Source: an uncultured Gammaproteobacteria bacterium (GTDB lineage: Bacteria; Patescibacteriota; Patescibacteriia; Patescibacteriales; UBA12465). From it: a DNA stretch of 64,000 nucleotides. Positions 1 through 8,652 of the stretch are shown one piece after another (within the stretch, counting starts at the first letter, position 1; each line of letters begins with the position of its first letter). The DNA lies in assembly GCA_964639785.1 (NCBI GenBank), contig CAZXEE010000001.1, positions 51,832-115,831 of the forward strand, in the 5' to 3' direction. Made by a program: the position numbers and the translations under genes. The notes under the pieces are model-generated. The model worked only from the letters and a program-made list of their open reading frames with translations, had not been told where the DNA came from and did no database searches.

Positions 1-1355
1 TATGATGTCTGGATCTCGGCGGCTGATAACACTCGGGGGGTTACAGAAAATTCATCCAATGACCCAATCAAGATGTAGTAAGTTTCTCCATATTGTCCGA
101 GATAGAAATTTTGTGACCAGAGAGGAGTTGAGTATGATATAGCTTGCTCATTGTCATAGTTTCCGTTGATATAGAAATACTCTTTATTGGTGCCGGAATT
201 ATAAACGTAAGTAATCTTGTTCCAAGAGTTGATAGTGGTATTTTGGTTGGAAAAGAAGTTGCCATTGAACTGAGCCAAGGCTTTACCGCTGGGATGGACT
301 AGTATTCGGCGGCTGCCATCAAATCCGGCGAGAGTCGTATAATCAGGAGGGTTCACTGGCTTGATCCAGCCAGAAATAGAGAATGAACCACTAGTTATAT
401 TGACGCTCGGGACTCGGATATAATCATCAGAGCCATCGAAAGTTTGGCCTTGGCCGATTTTTCCAGAAGCCTCAGTTGGTTCATTAATAGCCCTTTTAGT
501 GCCATTTTTGGCGTTGGCAGTACTATCTAATGTAGTAGTGTCAGTTAAATTGTTAAGGTGTTGGACTACTGAATAGCCACTCCAGACAGCTTGGGAGCCG
601 TAAGTGCTAGATGGAGCGTAGTCAGTGGCATTGCTATCGCCGTAATGAATATATATTTCGGTGTCAGTTGCGCTGGAAAGATTGGGAATCAGGGCGTGGA
701 CCTCGCCAGTCTTCGTGGCTGTATCGCAAGATACTACCTCTCTAGCATGTTCAGTTCCATTAGCTGATTTAATCCTGATATCGCCGCCGCCATTTTGGAC
801 ATGTGACCAGAAATTATCATCTAGATCAGAGAGATTGATGTATAATTGGAAAGAGCTGATATCGCCGCTGACTTTAGCGTGGTTGATGGTAATCTTTTCC
901 CGATATCCGAAGCAGGTTGAGTTCTCAATTCCCTTGCTGGTGGCGCATTTTGGTCCGGCGCTTAAGTTTCCGACCGGGGTTGAGAGGCAGAATCCGAGAG
1001 CATAGTCGCTGCTGCTGGCCGTTGCTTGATAGGAATAATCGGAGTCGCTACAGCCACTATCTCCCCATGGACCAGGATTATTTGGCAAGATGGCCATGTA
1101 GGTAGTAGAAGAAGTGGAACCTATTAAAGCTTGGCCGAAATTCAGTGTTTCCGGATAAGAGCTTTCATTATAAAAGTATAGTTTAAGAGCGGATTGGATT
1201 TGTTCGATATCTTTGACCCTTCTGGTATCACGGGCTTTCTGCCGGAAAGAACTGTAGGCTAAAAGGCTAAGGCTGGTGATAATCCCGATGATCGCTATCA
1301 CTAATAGCATTTCTATTAAGGTGAAACCTGGTTTTTTTTGCCTGTTATAATTCAT
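1..1355 (-). CDS. Type IV pilin-like protein (prepilin N-terminus) with DUF2341-like and LamG/concanavalin-like domains; C-terminus runs off the window (partial)
   Basis: Absent from the ORF track because there is no stop inside the window. Manual translation from ATG 1353-1355 stays open to base 1: MNYNRQKKPGFTLIEMLLVIAIIGIITSLSLLAYSSFRQKARDTRRVKDIEQIQSALKLYF... The prepilin motif G|FTLIE is present. Later segments are DIRIKSANGTEHAREVVSCD..EVHALIPNLSSATDTEIYIHYGDSNA (DUF2341-like) and GKIGQGQTFDGSDDYIRVP..SFSISGWIK..LDEFSVTPRVLSAAEI (LamG-like). Confidence 0.8.
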   Translation of the reverse strand, partial: MNYNRQKKPGFTLIEMLLVIAIIGIITSLSLLAYSSFRQKARDTRRVKDIEQIQSALKLYFYNESSYPETLNFGQALIGSTSSTTYMAILPNNPGPWGDSGCSDSDYSYQATASSSDYALGFCLSTPVGNLSAGPKCATSKGIENSTCFGYREKITINHAKVSGDISSFQLYINLSDLDDNFWSHVQNGGGDIRIKSANGTEHAREVVSCDTATKTGEVHALIPNLSSATDTEIYIHYGDSNATDYAPSSTYGSQAVWSGYSVVQHLNNLTDTTTLDSTANAKNGTKRAINEPTEASGKIGQGQTFDGSDDYIRVPSVNITSGSFSISGWIKPVNPPDYTTLAGFDGSRRILVHPSGKALAQFNGNFFSNQNTTINSWNKITYVYNSGTNKEYFYINGNYDNEQAISYSTPLWSQNFYLGQYGETYYILIGSLDEFSVTPRVLSAAEIQTS

Positions 1356-2502
1356 ATTTATCTTCAAAATAAGATTTGATAGCTTCTTTTTCGCTGGTGC
1401 TTAATATTCGGTTATAGATCATTATTTCATTGATATCGCCATCTAAGAACATGGTTTCACTAGTATCCGGGTTATTGTTATAGGCCCCGACTAAGAAGCG
1501 GAGAGGGGTGTTTAAGCTATACCAATTACTGATAGTTGTCGTTGCCACAGGGGCATTATTAACATATAAGATGTTTTGGTTGGGATCTTTTGCTCTCTCA
1601 GTGGAAAATATTTTGTATGACCCGGAAGATTGGGATATTTGGGTATTATGAACATCGTCATCGTCTTGTATAATATATAGTAAGTTTCCGCCGTAATATA
1701 ATAATCCATAACGGCCAACGTAGCCGCCATAGAATGACTTAGCCACAAAACTGCCATTAGCACCATTGCTTTTTCCAACCACGAATATGGTCCATTCATC
1801 ATCGTTCATATCTAAGACATCTCCTCCGGTGAGGAAGTCGTTGATGCCATCAAAGCGGATAGCCGGCTTGCCGTTAAAGGTTGATGTGACAAAGGTCGGT
1901 CTTTTAGTGGAGTCGGATTGGGTGACGTTGTTGCCATTTCCGCTTTCATCATTCCAGCTATCAACTAATATGGTGCTGCTGGTAGCCCGGCTAGTTACGC
2001 TGCCATCGGCTCGGAGCCATAATTTTAAGCCAGTGTTTAAATTTCCGGACGGGCAGGCACCAGCAGTGATGCCTTGGCTGGTAGCACAATTTATTCCTTT
2101 TTCAATCTGGTCGGATTTATCCCCTATACAGAATTCCAAGAAAAAATTTTCATTTCCATATAAGTTGGTTGAAGTACTATAGGTATATTCTTGATCGGCA
2201 CAATCTCCATCAGTTCGAGGTTTGGGATTCTGAGGCACGTCTATCATATATACATTGCCGGATTGGTCAGTTAGGTTTTCCCCAAAAGTCAGGGAATCGG
2301 GATACTGGCCTTGTTGCTGGTGGTATTTCTCTAAAGCATTTTGGATGCGGATAATATCACTGACGCGTTTGCTGTTTCTGGATTTAGACCAAGCGACATC
2401 ATAGACGATTACTGAGAGAGAGACGATGATGGCGATGATAAATAAAGTGACTAGCAGCTCAATCATGGTGAAGGCTGCTCGTTGTTTATTAGGATTTTTC
2501 AT
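1345..2502 (-). CDS. Type IV pilin-like protein with C-terminal LamG/concanavalin-like domain
   Basis: 385-aa ORF. The N-terminus KQRAAFTMIELLVTLFIIAII is a class III signal/pilin helix. The C-terminal half (LKLWLRADGS..DESGNGNNVTQ..NGKPAIRFDGINDFL..MFLDGDINEIMIYNRILS) matches the LamG jelly-roll pattern. It overlaps the start of the downstream pilin gene by 11 nt. Confidence 0.8.
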   Translation of the reverse strand: MKNPNKQRAAFTMIELLVTLFIIAIIVSLSVIVYDVAWSKSRNSKRVSDIIRIQNALEKYHQQQGQYPDSLTFGENLTDQSGNVYMIDVPQNPKPRTDGDCADQEYTYSTSTNLYGNENFFLEFCIGDKSDQIEKGINCATSQGITAGACPSGNLNTGLKLWLRADGSVTSRATSSTILVDSWNDESGNGNNVTQSDSTKRPTFVTSTFNGKPAIRFDGINDFLTGGDVLDMNDDEWTIFVVGKSNGANGSFVAKSFYGGYVGRYGLLYYGGNLLYIIQDDDDVHNTQISQSSGSYKIFSTERAKDPNQNILYVNNAPVATTTISNWYSLNTPLRFLVGAYNNNPDTSETMFLDGDINEIMIYNRILSTSEKEAIKSYFEDKYEL

Positions 2503-2527
2503 ATGCTTTTATTTTACCATATTTAAC

Positions 2528-2558
2528 AAAAAAATCGTAGGGTGTCCTACGATTTTTT
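2528..2558. terminator. Bidirectional rho-independent terminator hairpin
   Basis: Sequence aaaaaaa-tcgtagg-gtgt-cctacga-tttttt: a perfect 7-bp stem flanked by A-run and T-run. Confidence 0.6.
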
Positions 2559-2576
2559 CTATTTTTTGGTTTGTTT

Positions 2577-2996
2577 TTATTGTAAGCAATCACTGACCAT
2601 TTCCCCTGGGAAATTATAACTCAGGATATCCTGGCAAGGATATTTACCCTTTCCATCCCAGACAATTTTCCAATCCTTATCGATTCTGGCAGCCAGGAAA
2701 ACACCCTCATAATCGCCTTTTACAGTCACTATTCCTTTGATATGGGTATTATCTTCCCGAGCGATACTGACATTGATATCGCTTTCGGCCTTGCCTAGTT
2801 TCTCGGCAAACAGTTTCTTAAGCATGGTCAATTCGTCTTTGTAGCTGATCTTTTCAATCGATACGGCCTGATTAGCGTTAGTATTCTGGTCCGGATTGGC
2901 TGGTTTTTTAGAAAAAAACTTCACTCCTAGCCAGATGGCTAAAGTGATTAAAATCAGAGCCGAACCGATAATGATGATATATTGGCGACGGGTCAT
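2577..2996 (-). CDS. Membrane-anchored hypothetical protein
   Basis: The ORF track extends to a GTG at 3044. The ATG at 2994-2996 gives MTRRQYIIIIGSALILITLAIW (signal anchor) and avoids overlapping the upstream gene and the inverted repeat. No recognisable family. Confidence 0.6.
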   Translation of the reverse strand: MTRRQYIIIIGSALILITLAIWLGVKFFSKKPANPDQNTNANQAVSIEKISYKDELTMLKKLFAEKLGKAESDINVSIAREDNTHIKGIVTVKGDYEGVFLAARIDKDWKIVWDGKGKYPCQDILSYNFPGEMVSDCLQ

Positions 2997-3015
2997 ATTG
3001 TTAGTTAAGAGTTCG

Positions 3016-3035
3016 TTAAAATCTAGGGAGGAATC
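3016..3035. repeat. Left arm of a 20-bp perfect inverted repeat (ttaaaatctagggaggaatc)
   Basis: Exact reverse complement of 3357-3376. Imperfect similarity extends to about 33 bp. Confidence 0.9.
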
Positions 3036-3043
3036 CAACGTCA

Positions 3044-3229
3044 CTATTTCTTCTTAGCAACCTTCTTCACAGCTTTCTTGACGACCTTCTTTACAACTTT
3101 CTTAGCTGGTTTCTTGGCTGCTACTTTTTTTACAACCTTCTTAGCAACCTTCTTCACAGCTTTCTTGACGACCTTCTTTGCTGCTGGTTTCTTGGCTGCT
3201 GGTTTTTTTGCAACTTTTTTAGTAGGCAT
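3044..3229 (-). CDS. Lys/Ala-rich histone H1-like (Hc1/HU-unrelated) basic protein
   Basis: The 61-aa product is built entirely of KKPAAKK / VVKKAVKKVAKK repeats. The gene contains a 39-nt internal direct repeat (3054-3092 = 3141-3179). Confidence 0.7.
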   Translation of the reverse strand: MPTKKVAKKPAAKKPAAKKVVKKAVKKVAKKVVKKVAAKKPAKKVVKKVVKKAVKKVAKKK

Positions 3230-3356
3230 ATTTTTAAATATGTTTTTTAAATAGGAAAACCGACCTTATTTTCCTATGTTAATATACTAATAATTTTTAA
3301 ATTGGTATTAGTAGCTAACTTAGAAAAATAAAGTGATGCTGTCTTTTGGAAAAGTT

Positions 3357-3376
3357 GATTCCTCCCTAGATTTTAA
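3357..3376. repeat. Right arm of the 20-bp perfect inverted repeat (gattcctccctagattttaa)
   Basis: Exact reverse complement of 3016-3035. Confidence 0.9.
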
Positions 3377-3450
3377 AGAGCTCATAAAATTTTCTGCTAT
3401 TTATATTTTAACAAATTTTTAAAAACAATACAAGTAATTTTAGTAAAATT

Positions 3451-3927
3451 TTACTTCTCCGGTATGCTGATCACCACCTCGTCGCCGACAGTTATGCCAT
3501 AGCGGTCAGTCAGTCCTCCGTTTACTTCCAAGACATAGTTGACTGGAACTTCAGAGCTATAAATATTTTCTGGAGTCTCACCTTCCGGCAATAAATTATT
3601 TTCGATCTTGACGATCTTCTGGTCGGCAATGAAGATAATGTCTAATGGGAAATTCATATTGCGCATGACGAAGTCGCGGACGTCATAATCCGGCCAAACG
3701 AAGAGCATGCCGCAGTTCTGGCAAAGCGATTTTCGATCAGACAATCCTTGATGTTTCTCGCTGTCGCTTTGGGCCAATTCTATCGATATTTTGACGTTTT
3801 TATTGAGAGAAACGTAGGTTTCGCGGTGCTTCAATTGCCTTATCATGAAATAGAACAAGCCGCTGATTATCAGCAGTAGGAAGATTCCTAGGATGATATT
3901 TTTTGGAGCGTTAGGATTGTTTCCCAT
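3451..3927 (-). CDS. DUF192 domain protein with N-terminal membrane anchor
   Basis: GLSDRKSL..GMLFVWPD..VRDFVMRNMNFPLDIIF..YVLEVNGG matches the DUF192 (COG1430) pattern. Confidence 0.7.
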   Translation of the reverse strand: MGNNPNAPKNIILGIFLLLIISGLFYFMIRQLKHRETYVSLNKNVKISIELAQSDSEKHQGLSDRKSLCQNCGMLFVWPDYDVRDFVMRNMNFPLDIIFIADQKIVKIENNLLPEGETPENIYSSEVPVNYVLEVNGGLTDRYGITVGDEVVISIPEK

Positions 3928-3928
3928 A

Positions 3929-6448
3929 TTATTCGGTTTGATAAATTTTCTTAAAGAATAATTGTTTGACGCCTTCGACTAAGAAGAGGTAGATGACGAC
4001 TAGAACTATGATGGTCAAGAACATCGGTAGGCTCAATGGATTGAATCCGAAGAAGCTGCCGATGATAGGCATAGTTAATAGTCCGCCCAAGAGCACTACC
4101 CCGATGGTTGATAACAGCAGATACTTGCTCGGCCGGGATTGTAAGAAAGGTATCCGGCGAGTTCGGATGATGTGGATAACTAATACTTGGGTAGCTAATG
4201 ATTCCACAAACCAACCAGCTTGGAAGGTAGCTTCAGGAGCTTTGAATACGAAAAAGAGAATTACGAAAGTCAGGATGTCAAAGATAGAACTGATAGGACC
4301 GAAGATTATCATGAAGCGTTTGATCATTTTTAAATCCCAGTGTTTCGGTTTTTTTAGATACTCAGCATCAACGTTATCCGATGGGATAGATAACTGGGAG
4401 GTGTCATAGAGAAAATTGTTGAGCAGGATTTGGCTAGGAAGCATCGGGAAGAATGGCAAGAACAATGAAGCGCCGATCAATGAAAACATATTGCCGAAGT
4501 TGGAGCTTAATCCCATCATGATATATTTCATGGTATTGCCGAAAGTCTTGCGGCCTTCTAGGACGCCCTCCATTAATTCTTGCAAGCCTTTTTTCATCAA
4601 GATGATATCGGCTGTTTCCTTGGCGACGTCGACAGCATTGTCGACGGAGATTCCAACATCTGCCATCTTGAGGGATGGAGCATCATTGACGCCATCGCCT
4701 AAATAACCAACAACCGAACCGCCTTGGCGGAGGACTTCGATTACTTTTTCTTTTTGCATGGGCGAGAATCTGGCAAAGATGCTGTTGGCCCGAGCTTTGA
4801 TCAGCATTTCTTCATGGCTCAGCTTGTTGACATCGAATTCATCCCCGGTGATTATGCCTTTGATCTTGATATCCAAGTCTTCACAGATCTTTTTGGCCAC
4901 TAAAGGGCTGTCACCGGTGATAATTTTGGTTTCAATGCCATGTTCGACCATAAAAGCTACGGTTTCCTTGGCGCTAACCTTAGGCGGGTCATAGAAAGCG
5001 ACAAAGCCTACCAGGGTCATTTCAGCTTCGTCGGTTTTGGTGTATTTAGTTTTTTTCTCAGTGATTTCTTTGGAGGCGATGGCTAGGACGCGGAATCCTT
5101 CCCGGCTCAGGTCGTCATATAGCTTAATTGCCTTGTCTGATTCCGCTTTGGTAAATTTTTGGTCTTGGCCGTTTTGACGATAGAGGCTGCAGATCTTGAA
5201 GATCTCTTCTGGCGCACCCTTGGTGCTCATAATCCTTTTTCCATTATCTTCAAAGACGATTGATGAGCGGCGGCGCATGAAGTCATATGGAATTTCATCT
5301 ATCTTTTGGGCGCCATCAATTGGCATTTTTTTGTAATCTAACAAAGCTTTGTCAAGCAAGCTCTTGATGCCGGTTTCAAAATAGCCATTTAGGTAGGCGG
5401 TCTTCAGGACCGATTCAGAACTAGAGCCTTCATTGTCGATGAATTTGACAACGGTAATCTTGTCTTGGGTTAGAGTACCGGTCTTGTCGGTACATAAGAT
5501 ATCCATGCTGCCAAAGTCCGGAATGGCATTCAGCCTTTTGACGATAACGCCTTTCTTCGACATCTTGATAGATCCTTTGGCCATGTTGACGCTCATAATC
5601 ATAGGCAGAAGCTCTGGTGTTACCCCGACAGCGACAGCGATCGAGAAGATAATCGATTCCATGATATCTTTCTTTTGGATGGCATTAATCAGGAAGATGA
5701 CTACGACTATAAATAATATCACCTTGATAATCAAATAGCCGAAGTTCTTGATACCCAATTCAAAAGCATTGACTTCATGTTGGTCTCCTAACTTAGCGGC
5801 AATTTGTCCATATTCGGTGTGTAATCCAGTTTTAGTGGTCAGATAGCGAGCATAGCCGGAAATGACGTTGGTACCGGAAAAGATGTGAGAAGATTTTATA
5901 TCATTAGCGGATTTTTCAGTCGGGAAGCTTTCTCCGGTTAAAACTGATTCGTTAACGAAAAAATCGTCCGCTTCCAATAACACGCCATCGGAAGGTATGA
6001 TATCTCCAGCTGAGAGGAGTACGATGTCCCCGGGGACTATCAGTTTGGCGGCGATTTCTTTTTTTTGTCCATTACGGAAGACAGTGGTTTTCAGGGCTAA
6101 TTTTTTGGCAATCTTTTCAGCGGCTCGAGATGACTTATGTTCTTGATAGAAGTTCATGATGACGCTAAAGAAGATCATGGCAAAGATGATAATAGTGCTG
6201 CGATACGAACCGGTCAGTCCGGAGAAGGTGGCGGCTATGATCAGGATGATGATCATCGGGTTCTTGAAGTAGGAGAGGAACTTGAATATCAAGGGAATCT
6301 TTTTTTGTCGAGAGATGTCATTAGGACCATAGAGTTTTAGTCGATTGCCAGCATCGGATTCGCTCAAGCCCTTTTCAGAAACTTTAAGTAACTGCAGCAT
6401 TTCGGCGGCAGCCTTGTCCTGGTAGTTTCCTTTAGGATCGTAATCCAT
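3929..6448 (-). CDS. mgtA: Magnesium-translocating P-type ATPase (MgtA-like)
   Basis: 839 aa. Contains the phosphorylation motif ICTDKTGTLTQDKI, TGES, TGDS and the GDGVNDAPSLK hinge, plus 10 TM-like segments. Confidence 0.88.
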   Translation of the reverse strand: MDYDPKGNYQDKAAAEMLQLLKVSEKGLSESDAGNRLKLYGPNDISRQKKIPLIFKFLSYFKNPMIIILIIAATFSGLTGSYRSTIIIFAMIFFSVIMNFYQEHKSSRAAEKIAKKLALKTTVFRNGQKKEIAAKLIVPGDIVLLSAGDIIPSDGVLLEADDFFVNESVLTGESFPTEKSANDIKSSHIFSGTNVISGYARYLTTKTGLHTEYGQIAAKLGDQHEVNAFELGIKNFGYLIIKVILFIVVVIFLINAIQKKDIMESIIFSIAVAVGVTPELLPMIMSVNMAKGSIKMSKKGVIVKRLNAIPDFGSMDILCTDKTGTLTQDKITVVKFIDNEGSSSESVLKTAYLNGYFETGIKSLLDKALLDYKKMPIDGAQKIDEIPYDFMRRRSSIVFEDNGKRIMSTKGAPEEIFKICSLYRQNGQDQKFTKAESDKAIKLYDDLSREGFRVLAIASKEITEKKTKYTKTDEAEMTLVGFVAFYDPPKVSAKETVAFMVEHGIETKIITGDSPLVAKKICEDLDIKIKGIITGDEFDVNKLSHEEMLIKARANSIFARFSPMQKEKVIEVLRQGGSVVGYLGDGVNDAPSLKMADVGISVDNAVDVAKETADIILMKKGLQELMEGVLEGRKTFGNTMKYIMMGLSSNFGNMFSLIGASLFLPFFPMLPSQILLNNFLYDTSQLSIPSDNVDAEYLKKPKHWDLKMIKRFMIIFGPISSIFDILTFVILFFVFKAPEATFQAGWFVESLATQVLVIHIIRTRRIPFLQSRPSKYLLLSTIGVVLLGGLLTMPIIGSFFGFNPLSLPMFLTIIVLVVIYLFLVEGVKQLFFKKIYQTE

Positions 6449-6548
6449 ATAGTATGTTTGATTTTTTTATGTCTATCTTTATATTATAGCAAAAAAAACA
6501 AAAAAAGCAGAGTAATTCTGCTTTTTTGTCTGGTTGGTATTTTGATGC

Positions 6549-7220
6549 TTATTTCTTTTTGCCCTTTTTTTCTAAAGAGAAGATAACGTAGGAATAAAGG
6601 AATGACCCCAAGGTGATTCCTAGGATACCGATGACAAACAGGATGGTGGCCAGAATAGCTGATAGATGAGGAGCGGCGATGATAATCAAACCGAAGATGA
6701 TAAATAGCCAAGAACTGAACTTGTGGGTTTTTTCCCAGACTTTCGGTGACGACAAGGTCCAGGGCGTCTTGACCCCGATAAACCAATTTTCCTTGATATC
6801 TTTCAGGTAGAAACCGATAATCATCATCAGGATACCGATAGTGGTAGCGACGATAACGCCGACATTGATCTGGTAGCCGAGGTTGAATAAGGTGGTTACA
6901 AAATAGATGATTGATAAGGTGGCGACTATCAAGCCTTTGAAGATGTGATAAGTTCCGGTGAATTTCTGGTAGTTTTCTTTCTGCGGGTCGATCATTGGCA
7001 TGATGAGCAATAATCCGTACAGGCAGATAATCAGGAGTGGAAAGAATATGCCGTGGAAGGTGTTGCTTGACCAGCCATCTACTTGTCCGGCGAAGTTCCA
7101 GTGGCTAGCCACTTTTTCCGGTAAATTATTATAAAAACATAGGACGGTAGCGACAGTTGCCGTCACGAAGAGCAATGGTACCAATTCGGTCTTGATGCTC
7201 AGTTTAAAAGGCATTTTCAT
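6549..7220 (-). CDS. SdpI/YhfL-family (DUF1648) integral membrane protein
   Basis: N-terminal motif VASHWNFAGQVDGWSS followed by multiple TM helices. Confidence 0.65.
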   Translation of the reverse strand: MKMPFKLSIKTELVPLLFVTATVATVLCFYNNLPEKVASHWNFAGQVDGWSSNTFHGIFFPLLIICLYGLLLIMPMIDPQKENYQKFTGTYHIFKGLIVATLSIIYFVTTLFNLGYQINVGVIVATTIGILMMIIGFYLKDIKENWFIGVKTPWTLSSPKVWEKTHKFSSWLFIIFGLIIIAAPHLSAILATILFVIGILGITLGSFLYSYVIFSLEKKGKKK

Positions 7221-7325
7221 AGATTTATTTTTGTTTAATTTATTCTTCGTCTATTATATCACAAAGGTAAAATTTGTATATCTTCCAATTAATGGTAATA
7301 TCTAATTATAACATATAACAAGATT

Positions 7326-8000
7326 ATGGATAGCGGATTCATCCTAATAGACAAGCCTTTGGGCTTGAGTTCCCATGGCGTAGTCAACCGTTTGCGGCGC
7401 CTGTCGGGAATAAAAAAGATCGGCCATGCCGGCACCCTAGATCCTCAGGCTTCAGGCCTGATGATTTTGGCTGTGGCTCGGGAGGCTACCAAGAATATTT
7501 CCAAGTTCGTCAAGATGGATAAGGAATATGAGGCGGAGATTCATCTGGGAGTAACCACTGATACCTATGACCAGGAAGGCCAGATTTTGTCAGAATATAA
7601 AGGAGAAAAAATAGACAAGGAAAAGATATCGGCCGCACTAAGCAACTTCTTGGGTGAGCAGGAACAATTGCCGCCGATGTATAGCGCCAAGAAAATAAAT
7701 GGTCAGAAACTATATAATTTAGCCCGTAAAGGAAAAGAGATCGATCGTCCCAAATCCCATATTACCATCCATGATCTAGAAATTTTAGATTATAAATGGC
7801 CGATATTGAAGCTACGGGTAGCTTGTTCTTCCGGCACTTATATCCGGTCTTTAGCGGCTGATTTAGGGGCTTTTTTAGGGGTTGGAGCTTATCTCTCCAA
7901 TCTTCGCCGAACGAAGATCGGGCGCTTTGCTATTGACCAAGCTGTAAAATTAGATAAAATAGAGGCAGACGATTGGCAGACTTATCTGTTCGCTGAGTAA
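7326..8000 (+). CDS. truB: tRNA pseudouridine(55) synthase
   Basis: GFILIDKP.G.SSH..V...R......KIGHAGTLDP.ASGLM catalytic Asp motif; 224 aa. Confidence 0.93.
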   Translation: MDSGFILIDKPLGLSSHGVVNRLRRLSGIKKIGHAGTLDPQASGLMILAVAREATKNISKFVKMDKEYEAEIHLGVTTDTYDQEGQILSEYKGEKIDKEKISAALSNFLGEQEQLPPMYSAKKINGQKLYNLARKGKEIDRPKSHITIHDLEILDYKWPILKLRVACSSGTYIRSLAADLGAFLGVGAYLSNLRRTKIGRFAIDQAVKLDKIEADDWQTYLFAE

Positions 8001-8003
8001 TAA

Positions 8004-8087
8004 GCCGAAATGGCGAAATTGGTAGACGCGCTAGATTCAGGTTCTAGTCCTCGCAAGGGGGTGAGGGTTCAAGTCCCTCTTTCGGCA
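8004..8087 (+). tRNA. tRNA-Leu (anticodon CAG)
   Basis: Acceptor gccgaaa/tttcggc, anticodon arm ctaga-ttCAGgt-tctag, long variable arm, T arm gaggg-ttcaagt-ccctc. No encoded CCA. Confidence 0.9.
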
Positions 8088-8096
8088 CAAATTTAA

Positions 8097-8125
8097 AAGA
8101 CGCTTTGGTTAAGCGTCTTTTTTTA
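8097..8125 (+). terminator. Rho-independent terminator after truB/tRNA-Leu
   Basis: Hairpin aagacgctt-tggtt-aagcgtctt followed by a T-run. Confidence 0.7.
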
Positions 8126-8491
8126 TGCGGAAATTAAGACCGCATGGTTTAAGATCTGGACTAGCAAAGCTAGTACCTCAGTTTTTAGGGATTGGTAATT
8201 GCAGCCATGGTCCATCAATATCTTGTTGAAACGTTCATGTCTGGAAGAAGCGATCATCGGCCTCTTGAAGCCTTTGTCTCTAATCGCTTTAGACAAGAAT
8301 TCATTGCAATCAATTATGATGATATCCATTTCTTTTATTCTGGCTTTACCTAATTCAAAATCTTCTAAGGCAGCCCAGGCTTCATTGACTTCCATCATTA
8401 CAAATTCGAACCTGTTACCTAATTCCCTGAGGCATCTTTCCTTGAAATAGTCGTCGTTGTCGATGACTAAGACTTTTGATTTTGTTGTCAT
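8123..8491 (-). CDS. Stand-alone CheY-like receiver-domain-like protein (weak)
   Basis: KVLVIDNDD acidic pocket and DIIIIDCN putative phospho-acceptor strand. No output domain. Confidence 0.45.
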   Translation of the reverse strand: MTTKSKVLVIDNDDYFKERCLRELGNRFEFVMMEVNEAWAALEDFELGKARIKEMDIIIIDCNEFLSKAIRDKGFKRPMIASSRHERFNKILMDHGCNYQSLKTEVLALLVQILNHAVLISA

Positions 8492-8652
8492 TTTGAAATA
8501 ACTTTGTTGCTTGGATATTACCAGACAGATAGATTTTTGTCAATTTCTAAAGTGGATAAATAATGGCTGTTTTGGGGTAAAAACCCAGTAAAATAATAAA
8601 AAACCCTTGATTTTTATCAAGGGTTTTGGGTTTTAATTCATTTTTTCGTAAA

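Noticed and set aside
661-1105. Plus-strand ORFs of 114 and 62 aa at the left end
   Set aside because: They are antisense to the long open pilin-LamG frame, which has clear domain signatures. Neither has motifs of its own.
3050-3230. Short direct repeats that could suggest a CRISPR array or satellite
   Set aside because: The repeats are in frame within the Lys/Ala-rich coding sequence (a 39-nt duplication). They are not separated by unique spacers of regular length, and no cas genes are present.
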